Origin: Terrabacter sp. Root85
Lineage (GTDB): Bacteria; Actinomycetota; Actinomycetes; Actinomycetales; Dermatophilaceae
Reading direction: 5' to 3'
Assembly: GCF_001429185.1 (NCBI RefSeq)
Contig: NZ_LMIW01000001.1
Span: forward strand, 582,439 to 646,438
Length of the DNA stretch: 64,000 nucleotides
This document shows, piece by piece, positions 29,437 to 38,497 of the stretch. The number at the start of each line of letters is the position of its first letter. The stretch's first letter is position 1. The translations under genes were made by a program, and so were the position numbers. The notes beneath the pieces were generated by a model. The model was not told where the DNA came from and searched no databases. It saw only the letters and a list, made by a program, of their open reading frames with translations.

Positions 29437-29491
29437 GATGTTGATCAACATCGTCAATGTTGATCTCGTCAACGGTTGACCCGATCAACCC
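29437..29491. promoter_or_regulatory. palindromic operator array in the divergent citA / HTH-citrate-synthase intergenic region
   Basis: Perfect 16-bp palindrome GATGTTGATCAACATC (29437-29452). Repeated half-site ATGTTGATC at 29456-29464. Palindrome GTCAAC-G-GTTGAC at 29468-29480. A further GATCAAC at 29484-29490. Confidence 0.7.
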
Positions 29492-29518
29492 CATCGACCA
29501 GACCCGCCCGGAGGCGAC

Positions 29519-30697
29519 GTGACGACCGCACGAGGCACGTGGATCACGACGACGGAGGCCGCCCAGCGACTCGGCGTCAAACGGGCGACCCTCTACGCGT
29601 ACGTCAGCCGCGGGCTGCTGCGGAGCGAGCGCCGGCCGGGCCAGCAGGAGAGCCTCTTCGACCGGGCGCAGATCGACGCCATGGCCTCGGCGACCCGTCC
29701 CCCGGGCGGACCGCAGCCGGTCCTGCGCTTCCGGAGCATCGCCACCGCCGTGAGCCGACAGGCAGAAGGGGAGCTCTTCTACCGCGGCCGCGCGTTGAGC
29801 GACGTCGTCGCCCTGCGGTCGCTCGAGGAGGCAGCGGGGGTCGTGCTGGGGACGACGGTGCCGCAAGGCTTCTCGGGGTTGCCGGAGACGGCCGTCATCG
29901 ACCTGACGAGTCTGCCGCTCGAGCGGCGGATGCCCGTGGCCGTGCAGCTGCTCGCGGCGGCCGACCCCTTCTCCTCGGACACGGACCCCGAGCGGGTCCG
30001 GCACGCGGCGCTGCCCGCGGTCCGGGCCGCGGTCGCCCTGGCGGGGGCCTCGTCGCTCGGTCAGGCGGCCCGCGCCCGGTCCGGCGACCTCACGGCCCTG
30101 ACGCTGACCGCCCTCGGCGGCGACCCGACGGCCGGCGGCGACGTCGCCGTGCTCCGGGTGCTGCTCGTGGCCCTCCTCGACCACGGCCTCACCGCCTCGA
30201 CCGTCGCCGCGCGCGTCGCGGCCTCGACACGCGCCGGGCTCCACGACTGCCTGTCGGCCGCGTACGCCGCGATGGCCGGCCCGCTCCACGGCGCGGCCCC
30301 GGTGGCCGCCCACGCGCTGCTCGCCGAGGGCGTCGACCCCGCCGTGCTCGTGGCGCGGTCGCTGCGCGAGCGGAGCGTGGTGGCCGGCTTCGGACACTTC
30401 CTCTACCCCGAAGGCGACCCGCGCGCCGACGTCGTGCTCGAGGCCCTGTGGCGTCGGCCCGGCACCACCCGGCTGCGGCGGCGCGTCGACGCGCTCGCGG
30501 CGCTCGTCGCCGAGCGCACGGGAGCGCTGCCCAACATCGACCTCGCGAGCGCCGCCGTGCTCCACGCCCTCGGCCTGCCCGCCGAGTCGGGCGAGGTGGT
30601 CTTCCAGGTCGCGAGGTCGGTCGGCGTCGCCGCCCACGTCGTCGAGGAGTATGCCGAGGAGCCCTTGCGCTGGCGCGGTCGCGACCCGCAGGGCTGA
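29519..30697 (+). CDS. helix-turn-helix (MerR/excisionase-type) domain fused to a citrate-synthase-like domain; putative transcriptional regulator
   Basis: GTG start with GGAGG upstream. N-terminus is WITTTEAAQRLGVKRATLYAYVSRGLL (HTH_17-like). The remainder has citrate-synthase fold features (GFGHFLYPEGDPR). Confidence 0.7.
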   Translation: MTTARGTWITTTEAAQRLGVKRATLYAYVSRGLLRSERRPGQQESLFDRAQIDAMASATRPPGGPQPVLRFRSIATAVSRQAEGELFYRGRALSDVVALRSLEEAAGVVLGTTVPQGFSGLPETAVIDLTSLPLERRMPVAVQLLAAADPFSSDTDPERVRHAALPAVRAAVALAGASSLGQAARARSGDLTALTLTALGGDPTAGGDVAVLRVLLVALLDHGLTASTVAARVAASTRAGLHDCLSAAYAAMAGPLHGAAPVAAHALLAEGVDPAVLVARSLRERSVVAGFGHFLYPEGDPRADVVLEALWRRPGTTRLRRRVDALAALVAERTGALPNIDLASAAVLHALGLPAESGEVVFQVARSVGVAAHVVEEYAEEPLRWRGRDPQG

Positions 30698-30698
30698 G

Positions 30699-31367
30699 CT
30701 ACACCCGCTGGTCGAAGACGTGCCGGCGCACCCAGGCGTGCATCGCGATGGCCGCGGCCGCGCCGGCGTTGATCGAGCGGGTCGAGCCGAACTGCTCGAT
30801 GTGGAGCACGGCCGTGCACTCGGCCCGCATCGGCTCGGACAGCCCGGGGCCCTCCTGGCCGAAGACGAGGACGCACCGGCGCGGCAGGTCGAACGTCTCG
30901 ATGGGCACCGAGCCGGGCAGGTTGTCGACACCGACGAGGGCAAGCCCCTCGCCCCGCGCCCACGCGGCGAGCGCGGCGGCGTCCGGGTGGTGGTGCTCGT
31001 GCTGGTAGCGGTCGGTGACCATGGCCCCGCGTCGGTTCCACCGCCGCTTGCCGACGATGTGGAACGCGCGGGCGCCCATGGCGTTCGCCGTGCGGATGAC
31101 CGACCCGATGTTGAAGTCGTGGCCCCAGTTCTCGACGGCGACGTGGAAGTCGTGGCGTCGGGCGTCGAGGTCGGCGACGATCGCGTCGTGGCGCCAGTAC
31201 CGGTAGGCGTCGACGACGTTGCGCCGGTCGCCGTGCTCGAGCAGCTCGGGGTCCCAGTGGTCGCCGGACGGGCGCGGGCCCTGCCACGGGCCGACCCCGA
31301 CCGCGACGGTCGGGCCGTTCGGTGCGTCCGGCCCGTTCGGGGTCTCACCCCCTTCAGGCGATGCCAC
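30699..31367 (-). CDS. TrmH/SpoU family RNA 2'-O-methyltransferase
   Basis: SpoU motifs (NIGSVIRTANAMGA, LVFGQEGPGLS, IEQFGSTRSINAGAAAAIAMH). Start uncertain. Confidence 0.75.
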   Translation of the reverse strand: MASPEGGETPNGPDAPNGPTVAVGVGPWQGPRPSGDHWDPELLEHGDRRNVVDAYRYWRHDAIVADLDARRHDFHVAVENWGHDFNIGSVIRTANAMGARAFHIVGKRRWNRRGAMVTDRYQHEHHHPDAAALAAWARGEGLALVGVDNLPGSVPIETFDLPRRCVLVFGQEGPGLSEPMRAECTAVLHIEQFGSTRSINAGAAAAIAMHAWVRRHVFDQRV

Positions 31368-31543
31368 GGGTCCCCTTCCGGTTCAGTCTGGAGTCACATC
31401 GGATGCCCGGAAGACTAACGACCGGGCGAACGGCCGGACGACCCACCGGGGCGGTCCGGTGGCGACAGGAGACCTGCCATGCGTTCCACGACCCCGGCGA
31501 CCGGCTCGGTCACCACGCTCGCCGCGACCGGCCGGAGCCGGTC

Positions 31544-32458
31544 ATGAGCACCGCCGCCACCGTGATCCTCGTCGTGCTCCTCGTGCCGATCCTCGCGATC
31601 TTCGCGTGGATGGTGGTCACGGCCTCGATGATCAAGGTGCCGGCCGGCGCCCTCGGCCTCGTGCTCAAGAACGGCCGGGCGACCGACCACTCCCTGACGC
31701 CCGGCCGGCACTGGGTGCCGCTCCTGCGCAAGACGATGGTCGTCGAGTACCCGTCGGTGGAGATGGCCTACCGCGCCGGCGAGGACGCGTCGTCGGCGGT
31801 GTCGCAGCTCGACCGCACCGGCCCCAGCCTCAGCTGCGCCCTCGGTGACCGGGCCCTGGCCGACGTCGCGTACACGGTGCGCTACGCGATCATCCCCGAG
31901 CGGCTGCGCACGGTCCACGAGCGGTTCGGGCCCGAGGGCGTCCACGGACTGGTCCGGGACGAGAGCGGCCGGGCGATCAGCCGGGCCCTGAGCGACCCCG
32001 CCGTCACGGTCGAGACCCTCTTCGGGCGCGCCCGCTCCGACACCGAGACCCGGCTCGCGGAGGCCGTCACCGCCGCGCTGGAGGAGCACGGCCTCCGCGT
32101 CACCGGCTTCGTGCTCGGGCCGGTCGACCTGGGCCGGACGGGGGAGGTCATCCAGGCCACGGTGCGCGCCACGTTCGAGCTCGCTCTCGAGGAGGCCGAG
32201 GCCGCCACGCGGATCGCCCAGGCCCAGAACGACGGCCGGCTCGAGCAGGAGATCACGACCGCACGCGAAGACGCCTGGCGCTACCGCGAGACCGACCTGT
32301 GGCGCGACCTCGTGCAGCGTTCGGACGGCGTTCAGGTGGGCCGTCGCCGTCCCGGCTACGGTCCCGGCCGGATGGGGCTCACGGTCCGCGAGGACCCTGC
32401 CGCTGGCCAGGGCGCCGCCGCGGCGGCCGACCAGCCTCCGGGCACTGAGCAGCAATGA
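31544..32458 (+). CDS. SPFH/band-7 (stomatin/prohibitin-like) domain membrane protein
   Basis: ATG at 31544. N-terminal TM helix (ATVILVVLLVPILAIFAWMVV), then a band-7 domain and a C-terminal coiled-coil. The listed ORF has a 74-aa 5' extension. Confidence 0.7.
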   Translation: MSTAATVILVVLLVPILAIFAWMVVTASMIKVPAGALGLVLKNGRATDHSLTPGRHWVPLLRKTMVVEYPSVEMAYRAGEDASSAVSQLDRTGPSLSCALGDRALADVAYTVRYAIIPERLRTVHERFGPEGVHGLVRDESGRAISRALSDPAVTVETLFGRARSDTETRLAEAVTAALEEHGLRVTGFVLGPVDLGRTGEVIQATVRATFELALEEAEAATRIAQAQNDGRLEQEITTAREDAWRYRETDLWRDLVQRSDGVQVGRRRPGYGPGRMGLTVREDPAAGQGAAAAADQPPGTEQQ

Positions 32459-33081
32459 ACCGCGAGGGCTCCTTCGTCGATCGTCTCATCGAGATGGTCA
32501 CGGTGCTCGTCCTCGGGCTCGCGACGGTCGGGACGGCCTGGTGCGGCTACCAGGCGTCCCAGTGGAGCGGGGCGCAGAGCACCGCGACGAGCACCTCGAC
32601 CGACCAGCGCGTCGAGGCCAGCCGGCTGTTCGGCGTCGCGACCCAGAAGGTCAGCTACGACAGCAGCATGATCGCGCAGTACGCGCAGGCGGTGCAGGCG
32701 AAGAACACCCAGCTCGTGGCGTTCTACCGCGCGACCCTGATCCGCGAGGAGCTGCTCCCGGTCATCGACCGGTGGGAGGCCGAGATCCGGGCCGGCGGCA
32801 CCCCGACGAGGCTCGTCGACGACACGAGCTACATGGACGACCAGCTCGGGCCCTACCAGGCGGCCACCGCGAAGGCGGACGCCTCGGGCAAGCAGGCGCT
32901 CCAGGCCGGGGAAACGGCGCACGACTACGTCATCAACACCATCCTGCTCGCGGTCGCACTCTTCTTCTCCGGCGTCCTGTCGAGCTTCCGCTACCGGCCG
33001 GCGCGCCTGCTGCTCGTCGTGGCCGCCATCGCGACCGTGGCCGTGGCCGCCGTGAACCTCGCGGACCTGCCCATCGCCTGA
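32455..33081 (+). CDS. membrane protein (DUF4337-like), coupled to the SPFH gene
   Basis: ATGA overlap with the SPFH stop. N- and C-terminal TM helices flank a soluble helical domain. Family assignment is tentative. Confidence 0.5.
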   Translation: MNREGSFVDRLIEMVTVLVLGLATVGTAWCGYQASQWSGAQSTATSTSTDQRVEASRLFGVATQKVSYDSSMIAQYAQAVQAKNTQLVAFYRATLIREELLPVIDRWEAEIRAGGTPTRLVDDTSYMDDQLGPYQAATAKADASGKQALQAGETAHDYVINTILLAVALFFSGVLSSFRYRPARLLLVVAAIATVAVAAVNLADLPIA

Positions 33082-33339
33082 CGACGCGACCGCACGCGCA
33101 ACGGGATCAGGAGGAGGACGGCACGCGCGCCGTCGTGGGCGCCGCAGCGTCCTCGACCCCGAGTGTCCGGCAGGTGCCGCCACTCCTCCTTCGCTCCCGC
33201 GTCCATCGTGAACCGGGTCCGCGCGCCGACGGAAGGGACGTCGTCCCATCGATATCCCTTCGAGACCCGCTCGAGACCCCACAGCGCGCTGACAGCGCGG
33301 ATTCAGGCGCTCCCGGGCACACGGCATACCCTGTCACCC

Positions 33340-34068
33340 ATGCACGCACTCGCCTCCGTCCTGCCGGCCATCGCGCCGGCCCTCGGCCCCAAGTGGATGG
33401 ACCCCACCTACCTGCTCCAGCAGTACGGCGAGGCCTTCTTCTGGATCGCCGTCGCCATCGTCTTCATCGAGTGCGGACTCCTCTTCCCGATCCTGCCCGG
33501 CGACTCCCTCCTCTTCGCGGTGGGTCTGTTCATCGCCACCGGCCAGGTGCACGTCAACCTCGGCGTGGCGATCGTGATCCTGTGCGCGTCGGCCTTCCTC
33601 GGCAACGTCGTCGGCTACGAGATCGGTCGGGCCCTCGGCACACCGCTCTATGCACGCGACGGCAAGGTGCTCAAGAAGAAGTACTTCGACCAGACGACGG
33701 ACTTCTTCGACCGGCACGGCAACAAGGCCCTCGTCATCGGGCGGTTCGTCCCGATCGTGCGCACCTACATCACCGTCGTCGCCGGCGTCAGCCGGATGGA
33801 GCGCCGCCGCTTCTTCACGTGGAGCGCCGTCGGCGCCGTCCTGTGGGCGGCTGGCATCACCCTGCTCGGCTACTTCCTCGGCCAGGCCTTCCCGTGGCTC
33901 ACCGACAAGCTCGAGGTCGCGATCCTGCTCGTCGTCGCCGTGTCGCTGCTGCCGATGGTCTACGAGTTCGTCAAGCACCGCCGCCGGGCCAAGGCCCTCG
34001 CCGCCGAGACCGCCGACGCCGCGGGCGACATCGCGGGCCACGCGACGGGCAGCGATCGCGCCTCCTGA
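33340..34068 (+). CDS. DedA/VTT (SNARE-associated) family membrane protein
   Basis: ATG at 33340. DedA signature region (FFWIAVAIVFIECGLLFPILPGDSLLFAVG...GRFVPIVRTYITVVAG). Confidence 0.8.
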   Translation: MHALASVLPAIAPALGPKWMDPTYLLQQYGEAFFWIAVAIVFIECGLLFPILPGDSLLFAVGLFIATGQVHVNLGVAIVILCASAFLGNVVGYEIGRALGTPLYARDGKVLKKKYFDQTTDFFDRHGNKALVIGRFVPIVRTYITVVAGVSRMERRRFFTWSAVGAVLWAAGITLLGYFLGQAFPWLTDKLEVAILLVVAVSLLPMVYEFVKHRRRAKALAAETADAAGDIAGHATGSDRAS

Positions 34069-34159
34069 CCGCGCCTCCTGACCGCGTCTTGACGTGATGT
34101 CCTGACGCGCCTCCCGAGCCCGGGGCACACTGGTGCTGCAGGGGTGATGGGAGGACGTC

Positions 34160-35110
34160 ATGGAGGCAACGACCGAGACCCCGCACACCGGGTCCGACCT
34201 CGGCGGCGCGTACCGCCGCAGCGTGCAGTGGTGGTCGCAGCAGGTCGCCTCGGTGGCCGACGACCAGTGGGGCCTGCCGACGCCGTGCAGCGAGTGGACG
34301 GTGCGGGACCTCGTCAACCACGTGACGGGCGAGGACCTCTGGACCTCGCCGCTGATGCGCGGCCGCACCATCGCCGACGTCGGCAGCCGCCTCGACGGCG
34401 ACCTCCTCGGTGAGGACGCCCGGGACGCCGCGGCGTCGGCCGCGACCGAGGCCCTCGGCACCGTCGCCGAGAGGCTCCCCTCGCACGGCACCGTGCAGCT
34501 GTCCTACGGCGAGGAGTCGATGGACGAGTACGTCCGCCAGCTCGTGGCCGACCACCTCGTGCACGGCTGGGACCTCGCCGCGGCGATCGGGCAGGACCGC
34601 GCGCTCGATCCGGGGCTCGTGGCCGACGTGGCGACGTGGTTCGACCGCATGGAGGAGGCCTACCGCTCCGGCGGGGCCGTCGGACCGCGTATGCCGTCCG
34701 GCGGCGACGCGCAGACCGACCTCCTCGCGCGCTTCGGACGGGATGCCACGTGGGGTCCGAACCATGCGGGTTTCACCGCCTTCGTCGCGGCGTTCGGACG
34801 GGGCGACGTCGACGCGATCATGTCGCTCATGACCGACGACTGCGTCTTCGAGGCCACCGGACCGGCGCCGGACGGTCTACGCCATGAGGGCGCGACCGAC
34901 GTGCGCTCGGTGTGGGAGTCGCTCTTCACCGAGACGGGCAGCCCGCTCTTCACGGCCGAGGAGTCCTTCGTCGCCGGCGACCGCGGGGTGCTGCGCTGGC
35001 GCTTCTCCTGGGTCGCCCCGGACGGCTCGCCCGGCCACGTGCGCGGCATCGACGTCGTGCGCCTGCGCGACGGCAAGGTCTGCGAGAAGCTCTCGTACGT
35101 CAAGGGCTGA
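34160..35110 (+). CDS. fusion protein: mycothiol-dependent-enzyme (DinB/MDMPI_N, TIGR03086-like) N-domain plus SnoaL/NTF2-like C-domain
   Basis: N-terminus has WGLPTPCSEWTVRDLVNHVTGED (TIGR03086-like). C-terminal half is NTF2-like. Confidence 0.6.
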   Translation: MEATTETPHTGSDLGGAYRRSVQWWSQQVASVADDQWGLPTPCSEWTVRDLVNHVTGEDLWTSPLMRGRTIADVGSRLDGDLLGEDARDAAASAATEALGTVAERLPSHGTVQLSYGEESMDEYVRQLVADHLVHGWDLAAAIGQDRALDPGLVADVATWFDRMEEAYRSGGAVGPRMPSGGDAQTDLLARFGRDATWGPNHAGFTAFVAAFGRGDVDAIMSLMTDDCVFEATGPAPDGLRHEGATDVRSVWESLFTETGSPLFTAEESFVAGDRGVLRWRFSWVAPDGSPGHVRGIDVVRLRDGKVCEKLSYVKG

Positions 35111-35129
35111 CGCCCCGAACACCCTCCGG

Positions 35130-35879
35130 TCAGGCGCCGGACGTGCCCGGGCCGGCAGAGTCGGCCGAGTCGGACGTCGGGTCGGGCTGGGTGGCACCGG
35201 GGGCCTGGGCCTGCGGCAGCGCGCCGGGCGCGCCACCCGGCTGGGTCGACGAGCCGCCGACGGCACCGGGCTGGGTGGACGCCGAGACGGCCGGGGTGCC
35301 GGAGCCCCCGACGGCGCTGTCGCCCCCGAAGGAGACGCTCGGGGCGACGGCCTCGGTCGCGGGGGTCTCGAAGTACTCGGCGCGCTTGACGCCCGCCAGG
35401 TTGGCGACGATGTTCGAGGGGACGGACTCGACCTTGGTGTTGAGCTCGCGCACGAGGGCGTTGTAGTAGCGGCGCGAGCTCGCGATGCGGTCCTCGGTGC
35501 TCGTCAGCTCCTGCTGGAGGGCGAGGAAGTTCTGGTTGGCCTTGAGGTCGGGGTAGGCCTCGGCGACGGCCATGAGGCGACCGAGCGCCTGGCTCAGCTG
35601 GCCCTCGGCCTGCGCCGCCGCGGCGGGGGTCGACGCGCCCGACATCGCGGCGGACCGGGCCTGCATGACCTCCTCGAGCGTGCCGCGCTCGTGCGACGCG
35701 TAGCCCTTGACCGTCTCGACGAGGTTGGGGATGAGGTCGTGGCGACGCTTCAGCTCGACGTCGATCTGGCGCCAGCCCTCCTCGACCTTGTTGCGCAGGC
35801 CGATGAGGCCGTTGTACATGACGACGCCGACGACGGCGAGGAGCACGACGAGGCCGAGCAGGATCCAGACGATGATCAT
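35130..35879 (-). CDS. LemA family protein
   Basis: N-terminal TM helix followed by the LemA signature (YNGLIGLRNKVEEGWRQIDVELKRRHDLIPNLVETVKGYASHE...AYPDLKANQNF). Pro/Gly/Ala-rich C-terminal tail. Confidence 0.85.
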   Translation of the reverse strand: MIIVWILLGLVVLLAVVGVVMYNGLIGLRNKVEEGWRQIDVELKRRHDLIPNLVETVKGYASHERGTLEEVMQARSAAMSGASTPAAAAQAEGQLSQALGRLMAVAEAYPDLKANQNFLALQQELTSTEDRIASSRRYYNALVRELNTKVESVPSNIVANLAGVKRAEYFETPATEAVAPSVSFGGDSAVGGSGTPAVSASTQPGAVGGSSTQPGGAPGALPQAQAPGATQPDPTSDSADSAGPGTSGA

Positions 35880-36022
35880 GGGTTCTCCCGATAGAGGGCG
35901 GCGGGTCGGTGTGCCGATCGAGCCGATCCTAGTGCTGGGCGCACGCGTGCGGACCGGGTCGCGGGTGCGACGCAGGCGCTGCTCGCCCGGTTCCTGTCGG
36001 TGCCGGGCTCTAGCGTGGACGC

Positions 36023-36316
36023 ATGACGACGCTCCGGTTCACGGCCGACCTGTGGCGCTGGGAGGCGCAGACGGGATGGTTCTTCGTGACGGTCGGCGAC
36101 GACGCGTCGGCACGCATCCGCGAGGTCCCGCGGCCGCCGCGGGGCTTCGGCTCGGTGCGCGTCCGGGCGACCGTCGGAGCCACGTCGTGGACGACGTCCG
36201 TCTTCCCGGACGCGAGCCGGGGCGCCTACGTGCTGCCGGTCAAGAAGGCGGTCCGCCACGCCGAGGGTCTCGGCGAGGGCGACCCCGCCGACGTCGTCCT
36301 CGAGGTCCTCGAGTGA
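36023..36316 (+). CDS. DUF1905 domain-containing protein
   Basis: 97 aa (WFFVTVGDDASARIRE...WTTSVFPDASRGAYVLPVKKAVRHAEGL), typical of DUF1905. Confidence 0.65.
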   Translation: MTTLRFTADLWRWEAQTGWFFVTVGDDASARIREVPRPPRGFGSVRVRATVGATSWTTSVFPDASRGAYVLPVKKAVRHAEGLGEGDPADVVLEVLE

Positions 36317-36993
36317 GCGGCCTCGACGCACCGGCCCGCAACCGGGTCGACCCCTTCGGCGACGTCGTCGCCGCCCCAGGGCGCGGCGACCTCATGGGCA
36401 ACCGGGGCCGCCTCCACGACGGCGCCGGCACGCGCGACGTCCGCCGGCACCACGTCGGACGCGCGTGGATCACGTGCCTGCTCGAGTTCCGCGACCGCCG
36501 CGTGCGGCAGTGGGACCCCAGCCACTACACGCCGCTCTTCTTCCTCGACGAGGCGCTCGCCCTCGCGGCCGGGCATCGTCCGTGCGCCGAGTGCCGTCGC
36601 GCCGACTTCAGCCGGTTCCGCGACCTCGTCGCGGCGAGCCACCGCACGACCCACCTGCCGGCGCCCGGTCTCGACCGGCTGCTCCACGACGAGCGCTGGG
36701 ACCCGCGGCGGCGCACCCGCCGGCTGCATGCCTACGCCTGGGGTGACGTGCCCGACGGCACCTACGTGCTGCTGGGTTCGGGTCCTGCCGTCGTCACCAG
36801 CGGCGGCCTGCTGCCGTGGCTGCCCGACAACACGTATGCCGCCACGCCCGTCGAGCGCCCGCGCGCCGGCGTCGCGACGGTGATCACGCCACCGTCGTCC
36901 GTCGAGGCGCTGCGGGCGGGGTTCGAGGTGCGCGTCGGGCGGCGCCCGGGAGGCCCTCAGGCGAGCCCGAGCTCCTCGAGCGAGAAGGCGTAG
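36313..36993 (+). CDS. hypothetical protein (Cys-x2-Cys containing)
   Basis: GTG overlapping the DUF1905 stop (GTGA). 226 aa. Contains HRPCAECRR. No family recognised. Confidence 0.4.
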   Translation: MSGLDAPARNRVDPFGDVVAAPGRGDLMGNRGRLHDGAGTRDVRRHHVGRAWITCLLEFRDRRVRQWDPSHYTPLFFLDEALALAAGHRPCAECRRADFSRFRDLVAASHRTTHLPAPGLDRLLHDERWDPRRRTRRLHAYAWGDVPDGTYVLLGSGPAVVTSGGLLPWLPDNTYAATPVERPRAGVATVITPPSSVEALRAGFEVRVGRRPGGPQASPSSSSEKA

Positions 36994-37520
36994 CGGTACT
37001 CCACGCCGGCCTCGGCGGTGATCCGGTCGCCGGCGCCGGTGGCGCGGTCGGCGATGGTGGCGACGGCGACGACCTCGGCGCCGTCCTCACGGGCTGCCTC
37101 GACGGCGGCGAGCGGCGACGCACCGGTCGTCGTCGTGTCCTCGACGACGAGCACCCGTCGACCCGTGATCGACGGCCCCTCGATGCGCTGCTGGAGGCCG
37201 TGCGCCTTGCCGGCCTTGCGCACGACGAAGGCGTCGAGGCGCTCACCGGCGGCCGCGGCCGCGTGCAGCATCGAGGTCGCGACGGGGTCGGCGCCGAGCG
37301 TCAGGCCACCGACGGCGGCATACGTGAGGTCCTTGGTCAGCTCGCGCATGACGATCCCGACGAGGGGCGCGGCCTCCCCGTCGAGGGAGATGCGGCGCAG
37401 GTCGACGTAGTAGTCGGCCTCCTTGCCGGAGCTGAGGGTCACGCGACCGTGGACGATCGCCTTCTCTCGGATGATCTCGAGCAGGCGGGCACGGGCAGCG
37501 GCGGTGTCAGTGACGGTCAC
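36957..37520 (-). CDS. pyrE: orotate phosphoribosyltransferase
   Basis: 187 aa. PRTase motif (VLVVEDTTTTGASP). N-terminal region typical of PyrE. Confidence 0.9.
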   Translation of the reverse strand: MTVTDTAAARARLLEIIREKAIVHGRVTLSSGKEADYYVDLRRISLDGEAAPLVGIVMRELTKDLTYAAVGGLTLGADPVATSMLHAAAAAGERLDAFVVRKAGKAHGLQQRIEGPSITGRRVLVVEDTTTTGASPLAAVEAAREDGAEVVAVATIADRATGAGDRITAEAGVEYRYAFSLEELGLA

Positions 37521-37601
37521 GAGGCTCCATCGTAGGGCCCCACGTCAGTCGGACCGGAAAAGCGCTGTCGGGCGGCCGCGCCCGGGTGGTAGACATCCGG
37601 C

Positions 37602-38375
37602 GTGACGAGCGAGCTCGAGTTCCCCGACCTGCTGCGCCTCATCGACGAGCGGTCGCGGGCCTTCCGCTCGGCCGTCTCGACGGCGGCCAGCCTCGACGTG
37701 CCGGTCCCGACCTGTCCCGAGTGGACGCTGCTCGACCTGGTGCACCACCTGGGCGAGGGCCGTCGGTCGTGGGCCGCCACGGTCGCGGCCGGCCCTGCCG
37801 CCACCTCCCGGGTCCGGCCACCGTCGGACGGCGACGCGGCGGCGCCGAGCGAGCCCGACGCGCTGGACGGCTGGCTGGCGGCGTCCACCGGACAGCTCCT
37901 CGACGCGCTGCGCGAGGCCGGGCCGGAGCGCGGCTGCTGGACGTGGTGGGGCGACTCGCAGTCGCCCGGGACGTGCGGCGCGGTCGCGCGGCACCAGCTC
38001 CAGGAGATCGCGGTGCACACGTACGACGCCCAGCTCACGGTCGGTACGCCTCAGCCGCTCCCCGACGCCGTGGCCCTCGACGGTGTCGAGGAGTTCCTCT
38101 CCACGTGCTGCGCGACGACGAGCCCGTGGCCGCACGAGCCCGCCGTCGTCGACTACGCGGCGACCGAAGGACGCTCGTGGCGGCTCTGGGTCTCCGCCGA
38201 CGGCGCACGCACCGCCCCCCGGCCCGAGACCGCCGGGCCGGTCGATGCCCGCGTCACCGGCACGGCGAGCGAGATCGTCCTCGCCGCGTTCTACGGCCGC
38301 CGTCCGCTGGAGGCACTGACGATCGAGGGCGACCGAGAGGTCATCGACCGGCTCATCGCCTGGGAGCCCGAGTAG
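37602..38375 (+). CDS. maleylpyruvate-isomerase-family mycothiol-dependent enzyme (TIGR03083-like)
   Basis: GTG start. N-terminus has CPEWTLLDLVHHLG, matching MDMPI_N. Confidence 0.65.
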   Translation: MTSELEFPDLLRLIDERSRAFRSAVSTAASLDVPVPTCPEWTLLDLVHHLGEGRRSWAATVAAGPAATSRVRPPSDGDAAAPSEPDALDGWLAASTGQLLDALREAGPERGCWTWWGDSQSPGTCGAVARHQLQEIAVHTYDAQLTVGTPQPLPDAVALDGVEEFLSTCCATTSPWPHEPAVVDYAATEGRSWRLWVSADGARTAPRPETAGPVDARVTGTASEIVLAAFYGRRPLEALTIEGDREVIDRLIAWEPE

Positions 38376-38497
38376 CCCGACCGGGCGCGCCCTCGTGCAA
38401 TGGGCGTATGCCGTCCTCCCACTTTCGGTGGGGGTGATCGTGCGGGCCGGTCGACAAACTGGAGGATCAGGCAGCCGCAGGATGGGAAGGACGAGTC

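Noticed and set aside
34058-34083. 13-bp tandem repeat CGCGCCTCCTGAC x2 at the DedA stop
   Set aside because: It is very short and of low consequence. It is likely a trivial slippage and was not elevated to a finding.
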